64,000 nt of DNA, from assembly GCA_963727445.1 (NCBI GenBank), contig CAVSGI010000027.1:64001-128000 (forward strand). The letters run 5' to 3'. Origin of the DNA: an uncultured delta proteobacterium (lineage in GTDB: Bacteria > Myxococcota_A > Polyangia > Polyangiales > B10-G4). Shown piece after piece: positions 44,025 through 53,443 of this stretch. Under the pieces are notes generated by a model, which saw only the letters and a program-made list of their open reading frames with translations, was not told the origin of the DNA and did not search any database. Numbering within the stretch: the stretch's first letter is position 1; each line of letters begins with the position of its first letter. The position numbers were made by a program, and so were the translations under genes.

Positions 44025-46152
44025 GCGTTCCCGGGCATTTACGAGCATTGCTCTAATTGCCGCATCGTTTTTGTCAGGAATTTCTCTTCTCAGCTGTGGG
44101 GAGGATGACGCCCCGCCCGCCGAGGCGCTCTTCGTCCTGCCCCGAGAAGGGGTCGAGCAGGGCTTCTTCGACCTCCCCTGGCCAACGGACATCCGGATGA
44201 CCGGAGACGGCTTCATCGATGTCCGAGACTTCCCCAACCCACGAGGGCCCTCCTCGACCCTGGGCATGTACCTCGAGGTCATCTCGACCCACCTCAGGGG
44301 CTACAGCAACAACGGCCACGCGTACCTGCGCTTCTCCGCCCCCGTCGACACAGACACCCTGCCCGCCGACGCCGCCGCCAGCCTCGAAGACTCCGCGGCG
44401 GTCTTCCTCCTCGACCTCGAGACGGGACAGCGCCACCCCGCCACCGTCGCCTATCAGGACGAGGCGACCATCTACTGGCCGGAGCACACCATCGCCATTC
44501 GGCCGGTCTGGGGACGACCCCTCGCGCCGAGCCGACGCTATGCAGCGGTGGTCACCACCGGCGTCGAGCCCGCGGGCGGCGGCGCGTTCCTGCGCTCCAC
44601 CGATCTCAGCGACCTCATCGACGGCGGGGGCGACGCGACCGTCGCAGCAGCCCGCGAAATCTACGGCGACGCCCTCGACGCGATCGAGGCGGCGGGCGTG
44701 ACGCGCGACGACATCCTCTCGCTCGCGGTCTTCACCACCCAGGACCCGGTGAGCGAGCTGGCGGCCATGCGCGACTGGATCGTCGACTCGTACACCGAGC
44801 CCGAAGCGATGGACATGGCGTGGCGTTGGATCCGAAACGAGCCGGATGAAGGCGACTACTACACGCGGATCGAGGGCGCTTACTACCCGGCCCCCAACTT
44901 CCAGACCGGCCCTGCGCCCTACGACGAGATGGGGAGCGGAGAGATCGTGGTGCAGGACGGCGCACCGGTGGTCGCCGAGGAGTTCGCGGCTCGCTTCATG
45001 CTCACCGTCCCGAACACGCCGATGCCGCCCGACGGATACCCCATCGTTCTCTATGCGCACGGCACCGGCGGCGACTACGAGTCCTTCGTCAGCAGCAAGG
45101 TGGGCATCCTCCTCGCGCAATCGGGCTACGCGGTCATGGGCATCGACCAGGTGCTCCACGGCGACCGCAACCCCACGACCACCGCACCGGACCTGCTCTT
45201 CTTCAACTTCCTCAACCCCATGGCGGCGCGCGACAACAACCGCCAGGCCGCGCTGGACGTGGTTCAGCAGTCGCGATTCGCCGCGACGGTGGAGGTCCCG
45301 GAACGGATCATCGGCACGGGGGGTGCGCCGCTGCGCCACTTCGATCCCGACCGGATCTACGTCTACGGTCACAGCCAGGGCGGGCTCAACATGCCGCTCT
45401 TTCTCGCCGTGGACGACAGCGCCAAGGGCGGCTACCTCAGCGGAGCCGGCGGCCTGCTCTCGATCTCCGTCATCGAGAAGACCGAGCCCCTCTCCATCGC
45501 CTCGGCGGTGCAGCTCTTCCTGGTGCTCCCGGGCTCGACGCCCGCCGCGGCCCTCGAGGCGGAGTCCTTCAACTATGCGCACCCCGTGCTCTCGCTCCTG
45601 CAGACCTGGATCGAAGTGAGCGACGGCGTGAACTACGGGCGCATGATCTTCGACGAGCCGCGTGAGGGCTTCGCGCCGAAGAGCGTCTTCATGACTGGCG
45701 GCCAGGACGACCCGTACACCAGCGCGCACGCCAACGCCGCCCTGGCGGCGGGCACCCGCGTGCCGCTGATCAACCCGGTGGTCAACACCATCGAAGCCAA
45801 CGACGTCAGCGGCATCACCCCGGTCACCGCGCCGGTGATGGGCAACGTCGCCGGCGGTCAGGCGACCGCGGGCCTACAGCAGTACCCCATGGAGGGGCAC
45901 TTCGTCGGCTTCACCAACGAGCCTTTGCGCCAGCGCATCCGGAGCTTCTTCGCCAGCTTCGAAGACGGCATACCCACCATCCCGGCGGTCGACATGGTCA
46001 TCCCGCCGCTCGACGCCGGGATGGAGATGATGGACGGCGGCGCCGACGCGTCGATGGACGCGGGCGCCGATGCCGCCATGGACGCGGGCGCCGGGGACGC
46101 GATGATGACCGACGCCATGATGATGGACGGCGGCATCCCCGACGGCGGCTGA
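43999..46152 (+). CDS. Lipoprotein, Ig-like N-terminus plus alpha/beta hydrolase, with D/A/G/M low-complexity tail
   Basis: Lipobox LLSC; YAHGTGG, GHSQGG nucleophile elbow, late Asp and His (QDDPY, EGHF). Confidence 0.82.
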   Translation: MGIEFLSVKRSRAFTSIALIAASFLSGISLLSCGEDDAPPAEALFVLPREGVEQGFFDLPWPTDIRMTGDGFIDVRDFPNPRGPSSTLGMYLEVISTHLRGYSNNGHAYLRFSAPVDTDTLPADAAASLEDSAAVFLLDLETGQRHPATVAYQDEATIYWPEHTIAIRPVWGRPLAPSRRYAAVVTTGVEPAGGGAFLRSTDLSDLIDGGGDATVAAAREIYGDALDAIEAAGVTRDDILSLAVFTTQDPVSELAAMRDWIVDSYTEPEAMDMAWRWIRNEPDEGDYYTRIEGAYYPAPNFQTGPAPYDEMGSGEIVVQDGAPVVAEEFAARFMLTVPNTPMPPDGYPIVLYAHGTGGDYESFVSSKVGILLAQSGYAVMGIDQVLHGDRNPTTTAPDLLFFNFLNPMAARDNNRQAALDVVQQSRFAATVEVPERIIGTGGAPLRHFDPDRIYVYGHSQGGLNMPLFLAVDDSAKGGYLSGAGGLLSISVIEKTEPLSIASAVQLFLVLPGSTPAAALEAESFNYAHPVLSLLQTWIEVSDGVNYGRMIFDEPREGFAPKSVFMTGGQDDPYTSAHANAALAAGTRVPLINPVVNTIEANDVSGITPVTAPVMGNVAGGQATAGLQQYPMEGHFVGFTNEPLRQRIRSFFASFEDGIPTIPAVDMVIPPLDAGMEMMDGGADASMDAGADAAMDAGAGDAMMTDAMMMDGGIPDGG

Positions 46153-46634
46153 GGGGACCGAGGGGACGCTAGATTGACAATTGACTTACGCCCCCCAGAG
46201 CCTTTCCGACTCCTGCCGCCCGCCTCTGTGGCGTAAGTCAATTGTCACTCTAGCGTCCCCCGACCCGTCTGGCGTAAGTCAATTGTCAATCTAGCGTCCC
46301 CGACAGGAGGATCCGTCATCCCGCCGCTCGACGCCGGGATGGAGATGATGGACGGCGGCGCCGACGCGTCGATGGACGCGGGCGCCGATGCCGCCATGGA
46401 CGCGGGCGCCGGGGACGCGATGATGACCGACGCCATGATAGATGGACGGCGGCATCCCCGATGGCGGCTGAGGGGACCGAGGGGACGCTAGATTGACAAT
46501 TGACTTACGCCCCCCAGAGCCTTTCCGACTCCTGCCGCCCGCCTCTGTGGCGTAAGTCAATTGTCACTCTAGCGTCCCCCGACCCGTCTGGCGTAAGTCA
46601 ATTGTCAATCTAGCGTCCCCGACAGGAGGATCCG
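45997..46634. repeat. About 318-bp direct tandem duplication containing both flanking gene 3' ends
   Basis: 45997-46314 repeated at 46315-46634 with one extra base (46440) and one C>T (46462). Confidence 0.92.
46162..46620. repeat. REP-like 31-bp element, six copies in inverted and direct arrangement
   Basis: ggggacgctagattgacaattgacttacgcc at 46162 and 46481; reverse complement at 46230, 46271, 46549, 46590. Confidence 0.88.
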
Positions 46635-47588
46635 GTGGCGTACGTGGTCGTCCACGTTGCGGCCGGTGAGGACCAGGACCACGGCGTCATCACCTTCGAG
46701 CGCGTCGAGATGCGTGCGTGCCCAGGCGATGACGGTGGCGGCGCTGCCTTCGACGGTGACGCCGAGGCTCTCCTCGGCGAAGCGCATCGCCTCGGCGATG
46801 GCCTCCTCCGAGACCGTGTCGATCCGCTCCACCGCGTCGCGCACCAGCGCGAAGCTCGCCTTCGACACGCCGCCTTCGAGGCCCTCGGCGAGGGTCTCGC
46901 CGTCGGCCTCCATCGCCTCGATCGCTTCGCCCTTCTCGATCGAGCGCTTCATCGCCGGACACGCCTCGCTCTGCACGCCGAAGAGCTTCACGGTGTCGCG
47001 CCCAGCGGCGGCCCGCGCCGCCGCGAGGCCCGCCATCAGTCCTCCGCCCCCCACGGGCGCGACGACGGCGTCCACCTTCGCGAGCTGAGCGAAGATCTCC
47101 GCGCCGAGGGTCCCACCGTTCCCGGCCGCGACCCACGGGTCGTCGAAGGGCGAAACGAAGACCGCGCCGAGCTCCTCCGCAGCCTTTCGCGCTTCGGCCT
47201 CCGCCTCGTCGTAGCCCGCGCCAGAGGACACGATCACGTGCGCGCCGCGCCCCGCGATCCCGTCGCGCTTCACGAGCGGGGCCGTCTTGGGCACGTACAC
47301 CCGCGCGCCAATCCCCAGCCGCGACGCCGCCTCGGCGACGCCGAGACCGTGGTTTCCCGCCGACGCCGCGACCACACCGAGGCGCCGCTCCGCCGGGGTG
47401 AGGCTCGCGAGCTTCGCGATGGCCCCGCGAAACTTGAAGGAGCCGGTGCGCTGGTCGGTCTCGAGCTTCAGCCAGGCGCGCGCGCCGAGCTTCGGGGCCG
47501 GGACCAGCGGCGTCACGAGGGCGTGCTTGCCGACGACGTGCGCGGCGCGCTCGAGGTGCTCCGCGTCGATGGTCCAGTTCGTTTCCAT
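46605..47588 (-). CDS. PLP-dependent serine/threonine dehydratase family (catabolic type, no ACT domain)
   Basis: LKLE..QRTGSFKFRGA, ASAGNHG, PVGGGGL, VLTGRN. Confidence 0.9.
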   Translation of the reverse strand: METNWTIDAEHLERAAHVVGKHALVTPLVPAPKLGARAWLKLETDQRTGSFKFRGAIAKLASLTPAERRLGVVAASAGNHGLGVAEAASRLGIGARVYVPKTAPLVKRDGIAGRGAHVIVSSGAGYDEAEAEARKAAEELGAVFVSPFDDPWVAAGNGGTLGAEIFAQLAKVDAVVAPVGGGGLMAGLAAARAAAGRDTVKLFGVQSEACPAMKRSIEKGEAIEAMEADGETLAEGLEGGVSKASFALVRDAVERIDTVSEEAIAEAMRFAEESLGVTVEGSAATVIAWARTHLDALEGDDAVVLVLTGRNVDDHVRHRILLSGTLD

Positions 47589-47651
47589 GCTCCGAAAATG
47601 CCACGGGCCGGCCCCGAAGGACCGGCCCGCCGGCGTGTCGCCCGAGCGCGC

Positions 47652-48287
47652 CTAGAGCGCCAGGTTCGGGTGGCTGGGCGTGACGCTGTCGAGCTCGGAG
47701 ATGCCGAGCTTGTAGGAAGCGTTTTCGCCCTCGGTGTAGCTGCCGACGAAGATCTGGTACGTGCCCGCGGGCGCGCCCTGGATCACGACGACCGGATTGA
47801 GCCCGTCGCCATCGTCGTTGCAGGCGTAGCTGCCGTCGGGCTTATGCACCACGAGGGTGGTGTCCGACTGCGAGTTCGCCATGATGCGCAGATTGCTCAT
47901 CGCAGTCGTCGCCACGAGCAGGTGGTCCGGCGTGCTGTCGATCTGACCCCGGCAGTTGGCGTCGAGGGTCGAGGCATCACGACCCGTGGCGCCCGCACCG
48001 CTCGTCCCCTGCTCCACGTGTGGGTCGGGGGTGAAACCGGTCGCGAGGGTGATCGTCCCGAAGTTCGAGCCCCCAGCTGCCGGGTTGTTGTTTGCCTGAG
48101 CCGCAGCTGCCTGCTGCGCCTGCGCCTGAGCCGCAGCCGCCTGCTGCTGCGCCTGCTGAAGCGCCTGCTGGGCCTGCGCCTGTGCGGCAGCGGCTTGCGC
48201 TTGCGCGTTCGCTTCTTCGTCGTCGTTGCCGCAACCGATTCCCACTGCCATCAGCGCTGCGAGTCCGAGACCCATCAAACCCTTCAT
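47652..48287 (-). CDS. Lipoprotein with Q/A linker and pre-peptidase C-terminal (PPC)-like domain
   Basis: Lipobox GIGC; GFTPDP, DTTLVV..PDG...CNDD..GLNP, GTYQIFVGSY; GGAGG RBS. Confidence 0.75.
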   Translation of the reverse strand: MKGLMGLGLAALMAVGIGCGNDDEEANAQAQAAAAQAQAQQALQQAQQQAAAAQAQAQQAAAAQANNNPAAGGSNFGTITLATGFTPDPHVEQGTSGAGATGRDASTLDANCRGQIDSTPDHLLVATTAMSNLRIMANSQSDTTLVVHKPDGSYACNDDGDGLNPVVVIQGAPAGTYQIFVGSYTEGENASYKLGISELDSVTPSHPNLAL

Positions 48288-48418
48288 CGTCTCCTCCTAG
48301 CCGTCCCCGGCTTTCCGGGGCCCGCGCATGGTACGAGATACGGGGCCCCGATGTCCCCCCTGTTCCGGCGCTATTGTGAGAAGGCTCGAAACCGCGGGAT
48401 GACGCAGGAAAACGTCGA

Positions 48419-49312
48419 TCAGATGAGCACGGGGACGACCGTGGTGACCCCAGCCCCCCAGAACTGATCCGTACCGGTGTCGGTGGTCACAAGCTCGCCG
48501 GCGCCCGTGTCGCGGTCGATCTCGATGAGCTCGCCTGCGTTCGAGAAACCGTAGAGGACGCGGCCCCAATAGCCGACGCCGAAGAGCTGCGTGAAGTCGC
48601 GCGTCGAGCTCTTGATCGGACCCTTGACCACCACCGTGCTCGAGCCATCGGCGGAGAAGAGGATCTGCACCAGCACGTCCGACGGGAAGTCGTCCCGCTT
48701 CACGGTCGCGAAGGTACCGAGCCCCTCGACCGAGACGATGTCGCCGCTCGAACGCCATCCGTCCGGATAGGAGCCGAGGAGTGTCGCAGCCGCGGTGTCG
48801 CAATCGATGCGGTAGTAGTCGCCCGAGTTGGCGGCGCCGATCAGCACCTCTTCGCTCCCCAGCTCACCCGGCGGGAGGAATGACAGGGCGAAGAGCTGAT
48901 CGCCGAGACCGAAAGAGCCGACCTGCGTGACCTCGGCGGTCCTCGGATCGACGATCCAGAGATCGTCGGCACTCGAGGTGAAGACGTTGCCGTCCGAGTC
49001 GACGGCGAGATCCAGCATGTTGGGAGGCTGCGGCCCTCCCCCCGCGACGTGGAACACGCCGACCGTCTCCACCGTCAGCGTCGCGGGCGAGAAGGTGAAG
49101 AGCGTGTCGCGCGAGTGCGCGTAGATCAGCACGTTCGACAGATCGGGACCGACGTCCCCGGTGTCGGGACGGGGACGGGTGTCGGCGACGACCGTATCGG
49201 GCGCCGCGTCCATCACCATCGCGTCGGGAAACCCGCCACCGTCGATGCGCGTCGAGCGCGTCGAGCACGCGGCGGCGAAGAGGCTGAGAGCCACGACCAG
49301 AGCCCAACGCAT
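48419..49312 (-). CDS. Myxobacterial-type beta-propeller lipoprotein
   Basis: Lipobox AAAC; IYAHS..TLF.F.P, DLAVD..G, SSGDIV, FWGAGVTT. Confidence 0.72.
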   Translation of the reverse strand: MRWALVVALSLFAAACSTRSTRIDGGGFPDAMVMDAAPDTVVADTRPRPDTGDVGPDLSNVLIYAHSRDTLFTFSPATLTVETVGVFHVAGGGPQPPNMLDLAVDSDGNVFTSSADDLWIVDPRTAEVTQVGSFGLGDQLFALSFLPPGELGSEEVLIGAANSGDYYRIDCDTAAATLLGSYPDGWRSSGDIVSVEGLGTFATVKRDDFPSDVLVQILFSADGSSTVVVKGPIKSSTRDFTQLFGVGYWGRVLYGFSNAGELIEIDRDTGAGELVTTDTGTDQFWGAGVTTVVPVLI

Positions 49313-49373
49313 GCGGCTATTTAGCCGACGGAGCGCCGGATCGCCAGCCGAAGATGGGGAGGGGGCCGGGGCT

Positions 49374-49913
49374 CTAGGCCGCCCGGACGTAGCCCTCGTC
49401 GAAGGCGTAGGCCTTCAAATCGTCCTGGAGCCGCTTACGGGCGCGATGCAGCCGGCTCATCACCGTGCCGATGGGGCAATCGAGGGCCTCGGCGGCCTCT
49501 TTGTAACTGAGCCCGCTGCCATCGACGAGGAGCACTACGCAGCGGAAATCCTCTGGAAGTCGGGCCAGCGCCGCCTCGACCTCGTCCGAGAGCCCATCGC
49601 GCGCCCGGCAATCGTCGTCGTGCACCCACTGGGGCTTCTTGACGACCTCGCTCCGCACCTGACCCAGCACCTCGCGCTCGCGCTTCTTGCGCCGATAGCC
49701 GTTGATGAAGGTGTTCATCAGGATGCGGTGGATCCACGCGCGTCCGTTGGTCCCGGCCTCGAAACGATCCCAGAACGCCCAGGCGCGCATGATCGCCTCC
49801 TGCACGAGGTCTTCGGCGTCGGTCTTGTCACGCGTCAGTCGGACCGCGGTCCCGTAGAGCTCGTCGAAGTGTTGGAGGATGGCGCGATCGAAGTCGTGGC
49901 GGATCTCTGTCAT
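49374..49913 (-). CDS. ECF sigma-70 family RNA polymerase sigma factor
   Basis: DAEDLVQE, WIHRILMN, LSYKEAAEALDCPIGTVMSRLHRAR. Confidence 0.93.
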   Translation of the reverse strand: MTEIRHDFDRAILQHFDELYGTAVRLTRDKTDAEDLVQEAIMRAWAFWDRFEAGTNGRAWIHRILMNTFINGYRRKKREREVLGQVRSEVVKKPQWVHDDDCRARDGLSDEVEAALARLPEDFRCVVLLVDGSGLSYKEAAEALDCPIGTVMSRLHRARKRLQDDLKAYAFDEGYVRAA

Positions 49914-50052
49914 GGGCGGCTCTCCGGCCCGGAAGCTTTTGCAACCGCCGGACCACCCCGTTTCGACGCCCGAAGCCTGGTTGTTCTTGGGAAACGCAGG
50001 CACACAGCGTGGCGGCTTCGCCACGGTGTCCAATCTCAGCCACGCTGGCGTG

Positions 50053-51570
50053 TCAGTCTGTCAGCGTCTCCGCCAGGACGTGGGGGATGGCCCCCGCGAC
50101 CTCGGAAGCCAACAGGCCCCGATCGCTCGCGGCCGCCCATTGTCCAGCCAGGGCGTGGAGAAGCACCCCCGCCGAGGCCGCGTCGAAGGGCGACAAGCCC
50201 TGACTCAGGGACGCGGCGATGACGCCTGAGAGCACGTCCCCCGTCCCTCCGGTCGCGAGCGCGGGCGTGCCGAAGGGGCACACGCGCATGGCCCCGTCGG
50301 GCGACGCGATGACGGTCCCGGCGCCCTTGAGCACGACCACCGCTTGCGTGGCCTTCGCGAGATCGCGCGCCGTCGCATAACGATCGGCCTGCACCTCGCT
50401 GCTCGAAGCCCCGGTGAGGCGCGCCGCCTCTCCCGGGTGAGGCGTCAGCACGCGCGGCGCCGGCGCCCCCCCCAGGCTCTGATCGGCCTCCGAGGCGAGC
50501 GCGGTCAGCGCGTCCGCGTCCACGACCAGCGGCCGGGGGAGCGAACGGCAGAGCGACAGGGCGAAGCGGCGTCCATCGTCGTCGACGCCGAGACCCGGCC
50601 CCACCACCGCTGCATCGAAGGTGCGCGCCGCCGCGCGCGCTTCCTCGGCCGCGGCTTCCACGTCGCCCGGGAGCTCGGCGCTCATCAGCTCGAGCACCTT
50701 GCCCTGCACCGCTTCGAAAGCCGCCGCGCGCGGAGCGAGGGTGACGAGCCCCGCACCGGTGCGGAGCGCGCCGAGCCCGCTGAGCACCGCTGCGCCGCTC
50801 TTTCCCGGTGAGCCGGCGAAGATCCAGACCCGCCCTGCGCTCCCCTTGTGCGCGTCCACCGCGCGTCGCGCCACCAGCTCGGCGACGTCGCTCCGCTCGA
50901 GGAGCGACACGTCGCTCGCGCCCGGCGAAGGCGCCTCGACGCCAATCGACACCAGCGCGATCTCGCCCGCGTGTGCACGCCCGGGATGCTGGTGGAGACC
51001 GCGCTTGTGGGCGGCGAAGGTGGTCGTGAGCGCGGCGCGCACCGCGACCCCGAGGATGGCGCCGCTCGCGCCATGCACTCCGCTTGGGATGTCGAGGGCC
51101 ACCGCCGGCGCGCCCGAGCCGTTGATCGCCAGGGCCACCTCGGCGAAGCGACCCTCGAGCGGGCGATCGAGCCCGGTGCCGAAGAGCCCGTCGACGATCA
51201 GCGTGGCATCCGCGAGCAGGCGCGAGAGCTCGACGTCGTCCGCGGACTGGACCACCAGGCCCATCGCCTCGACCGCCGCGAGATTGGTCGCCGCGTCGCC
51301 GTGGACCTTGTCGCGCGGCCCCACCAGGACCGGGGTGACGAAGACGCCGCGAATGTGGAGGTGACGCGCCACCACCCAGGCGTCCCCCCCGTTCTGTCCC
51401 GGTCCGCCGAAGATCACGACGTGACCCAGGCGCTCGCCGAAACGCTCGAGCAGAGCGCGCGTCGCCCCACCTCCAGCGTTCTCCATGAGCGCCACGCTGG
51501 GCAGGCCGAGGACGTCGACGGCGCGCTGATCGATGGCGCGCACCTCATCGGGCGACAGCAGCGGGATCAC
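50053..51570 (-). CDS. nnr: Bifunctional NAD(P)H-hydrate epimerase/dehydratase
   Basis: [55 protein letters not shown]. Confidence 0.95.
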   Translation of the reverse strand: MIPLLSPDEVRAIDQRAVDVLGLPSVALMENAGGGATRALLERFGERLGHVVIFGGPGQNGGDAWVVARHLHIRGVFVTPVLVGPRDKVHGDAATNLAAVEAMGLVVQSADDVELSRLLADATLIVDGLFGTGLDRPLEGRFAEVALAINGSGAPAVALDIPSGVHGASGAILGVAVRAALTTTFAAHKRGLHQHPGRAHAGEIALVSIGVEAPSPGASDVSLLERSDVAELVARRAVDAHKGSAGRVWIFAGSPGKSGAAVLSGLGALRTGAGLVTLAPRAAAFEAVQGKVLELMSAELPGDVEAAAEEARAAARTFDAAVVGPGLGVDDDGRRFALSLCRSLPRPLVVDADALTALASEADQSLGGAPAPRVLTPHPGEAARLTGASSSEVQADRYATARDLAKATQAVVVLKGAGTVIASPDGAMRVCPFGTPALATGGTGDVLSGVIAASLSQGLSPFDAASAGVLLHALAGQWAAASDRGLLASEVAGAIPHVLAETLTD

Positions 51571-52322
51571 GCGTCGCCTCCTGTCCGCGCTTGCTCGCCC
51601 CGGCCAATCGCAGCGAGGAACGCGCGCACCGCGGCGTCGAGCCCCGAGAGCACCGCGTCCGAGACGAGCGCGTGGCCGATGTTGAGCTCCACCACCTGTT
51701 CGATGGCAGCCACCAGCGGCTCGGTGTTCGCGACCGTGAGCCCGTGTCCAGCGGCGACGGCCAGCTCCGAGGCTTCGGTCGCGGCGTAGCGCGCCGCTTC
51801 CACCAGGCGCGCGAGCTCGCGCGCCGCGGCCTCTCCCCCGGCGTTCGCGTAATCCCCGGTGTGAAGCTCGATGGCCTTCGCGCCGAGCTCGCGGGCGGCG
51901 GCGATCTGCGCCGGCTCGGGATCGATGAAGAGGCTCACCGGAATGCCGGCGTCGGACAGGCGCGCGATGGCGGCGCCCACGCCCTTGCGCTGGCCGACGA
52001 CGTCGAGGCCCCCCTCGGTCGTCTGCTCCTCGCGCTTTTCGGGCACCAGGGTGACGAGGTCCGGTGCGACACGGCTGGCGACGGCCACCATCTCGTCGGT
52101 CGCAGCCATCTCGAGGTTGAGCAGGGTGGTCACCGTCCCTCGAAGCGCCTCGACGTCGCGGTCCTGGATGTGCCGCCGGTCCTCGCGCAGGTGCACCGTG
52201 ATCCCGTGCGCGCCCGCCTTCTCGCAGAGCCGCGCAGCGTCCACCGGATCCGGATAGGGCGTGCCCCGCGCCTGCCGGAGGGTCGCCACGTGGTCGACGT
52301 TGACGTGCAGCCGAACCGTCAT
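51567..52322 (-). CDS. pdxJ: Pyridoxine 5'-phosphate synthase
   Basis: [46 protein letters not shown]. Confidence 0.98.
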   Translation of the reverse strand: MTVRLHVNVDHVATLRQARGTPYPDPVDAARLCEKAGAHGITVHLREDRRHIQDRDVEALRGTVTTLLNLEMAATDEMVAVASRVAPDLVTLVPEKREEQTTEGGLDVVGQRKGVGAAIARLSDAGIPVSLFIDPEPAQIAAARELGAKAIELHTGDYANAGGEAAARELARLVEAARYAATEASELAVAAGHGLTVANTEPLVAAIEQVVELNIGHALVSDAVLSGLDAAVRAFLAAIGRGEQARTGGDA

Positions 52323-52379
52323 GGCCCGGACGTTAACCCCAGCGCTCGCCGGAGTCGACCCGGGATCCGGGCCGCAACC

Positions 52380-53138
52380 TCAGACCTCGTAGGTCGCGCC
52401 GTCCACCGCCAAGGAGAGCTCCCCTTCGTAACCCGCGGCACGTACCTCGGCCTCGACATCGACCGCATCGCAGACGGGATAGAAGTGAGTGAGCACCAGA
52501 CGGGTGACGCCCGCTTCGGTCGCGAGGCGACCTGCGCTCGTGGTGTTGAGATGATGGTCCGACTCCCGCGACGCCGGATAACTGCATTCGGCGAGCACCA
52601 GATCGGCGCCCCGGAAGAGCGAGACGAGCGCGTCGCAGGGTCCGGAGTCTCCGCTGAACGCGAGCGTGCGGCCGCCGGAGGTGACGCGGACCCCGAGCGC
52701 TCCCTCGCTGTGCCGAACGTGGCGCGCCTCCACCTCGAAGGGGCCGAGGCTCCACGTACCGCCATCGCCCAGCTCGACCCGATCGTGCAATCCGGCGCGG
52801 TCGGCGACCATCGCGCCGTGCACGCCTTCGAGCCCATCGATCAGGGCGCGATGCCCGACGGGACCCGCGAGCGCGAGGCGCGTCTCGGGGGGCGGCTCGA
52901 TCACGTTGCGCAGGAAGAGCACGGCAGCCAGATCGCTGATGTGATCGAGATGATGATGGGTGCAGAGGATCCCGCGCACGTCACCGAGCGCGATCGCGTG
53001 GGCCGGCCAGCGCCGAGTCGATCCCGGCCCACACTCGAGGAGGAGCACGCTGCCGTCGTCGGCGATGCAGGCGTATCCGCTCGCCCCACGCTCCGGGTGG
53101 GGAATCGTAGTGCCGCTACCCAGGATGGCGAGCTTCAA
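52380..53138 (-). CDS. MBL-fold metallo-hydrolase, RNase Z-like
   Basis: ILGSG, THHHLDH, FSGD, ECS, HL, LTHFY; TTGA overlap. Confidence 0.88.
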   Translation of the reverse strand: MKLAILGSGTTIPHPERGASGYACIADDGSVLLLECGPGSTRRWPAHAIALGDVRGILCTHHHLDHISDLAAVLFLRNVIEPPPETRLALAGPVGHRALIDGLEGVHGAMVADRAGLHDRVELGDGGTWSLGPFEVEARHVRHSEGALGVRVTSGGRTLAFSGDSGPCDALVSLFRGADLVLAECSYPASRESDHHLNTTSAGRLATEAGVTRLVLTHFYPVCDAVDVEAEVRAAGYEGELSLAVDGATYEV

Positions 53139-53443
53139 ACGTACTCGCCCCCGACCTTCACCAGCGTGTGATGGTCGTGCGTGCGACCGAGGACGACGTC
53201 GACGGTGTCGGCGCTGCAGGCCAGCTCCCAGGTCAGCATCTTTCCGACGAGCTTCACCAGATCCGCGTCCGACACCAGAGGGATGCGGTCCTGAAGGCGC
53301 ACCCCCCACTGGCTCGGCGCTCGGAAGACCTCCGCCCAGGCGATCACCTCGCCCGACGCCGCCACCAGCTCCCACACCTCGGCCCCGGCTCGTTGAGTGG
53401 AAGCCGAGCGCCGAAAGGTGACCTGTTCCAGCTCCGGGCTCAC
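53135..53443 (-). CDS. Small hypothetical protein
   Basis: GTGA overlap with the PrkA stop and TTGA overlap downstream; good codon usage. Confidence 0.7.
   Translation of the reverse strand: MSPELEQVTFRRSASTQRAGAEVWELVAASGEVIAWAEVFRAPSQWGVRLQDRIPLVSDADLVKLVGKMLTWELACSADTVDVVLGRTHDHHTLVKVGGEYV

Noticed and set aside
46162..46620. CRISPR array or IS element
   Set aside because: Copies are in both orientations, the intervening sequences are just the duplicated segment, and there is no transposase or evident target-site duplication
49920..50000. Autoregulatory ECF promoter (GAAC...CGTC/GTT) upstream of the sigma factor
   Set aside because: Candidate spacings are shorter than typical; not supportable by eye
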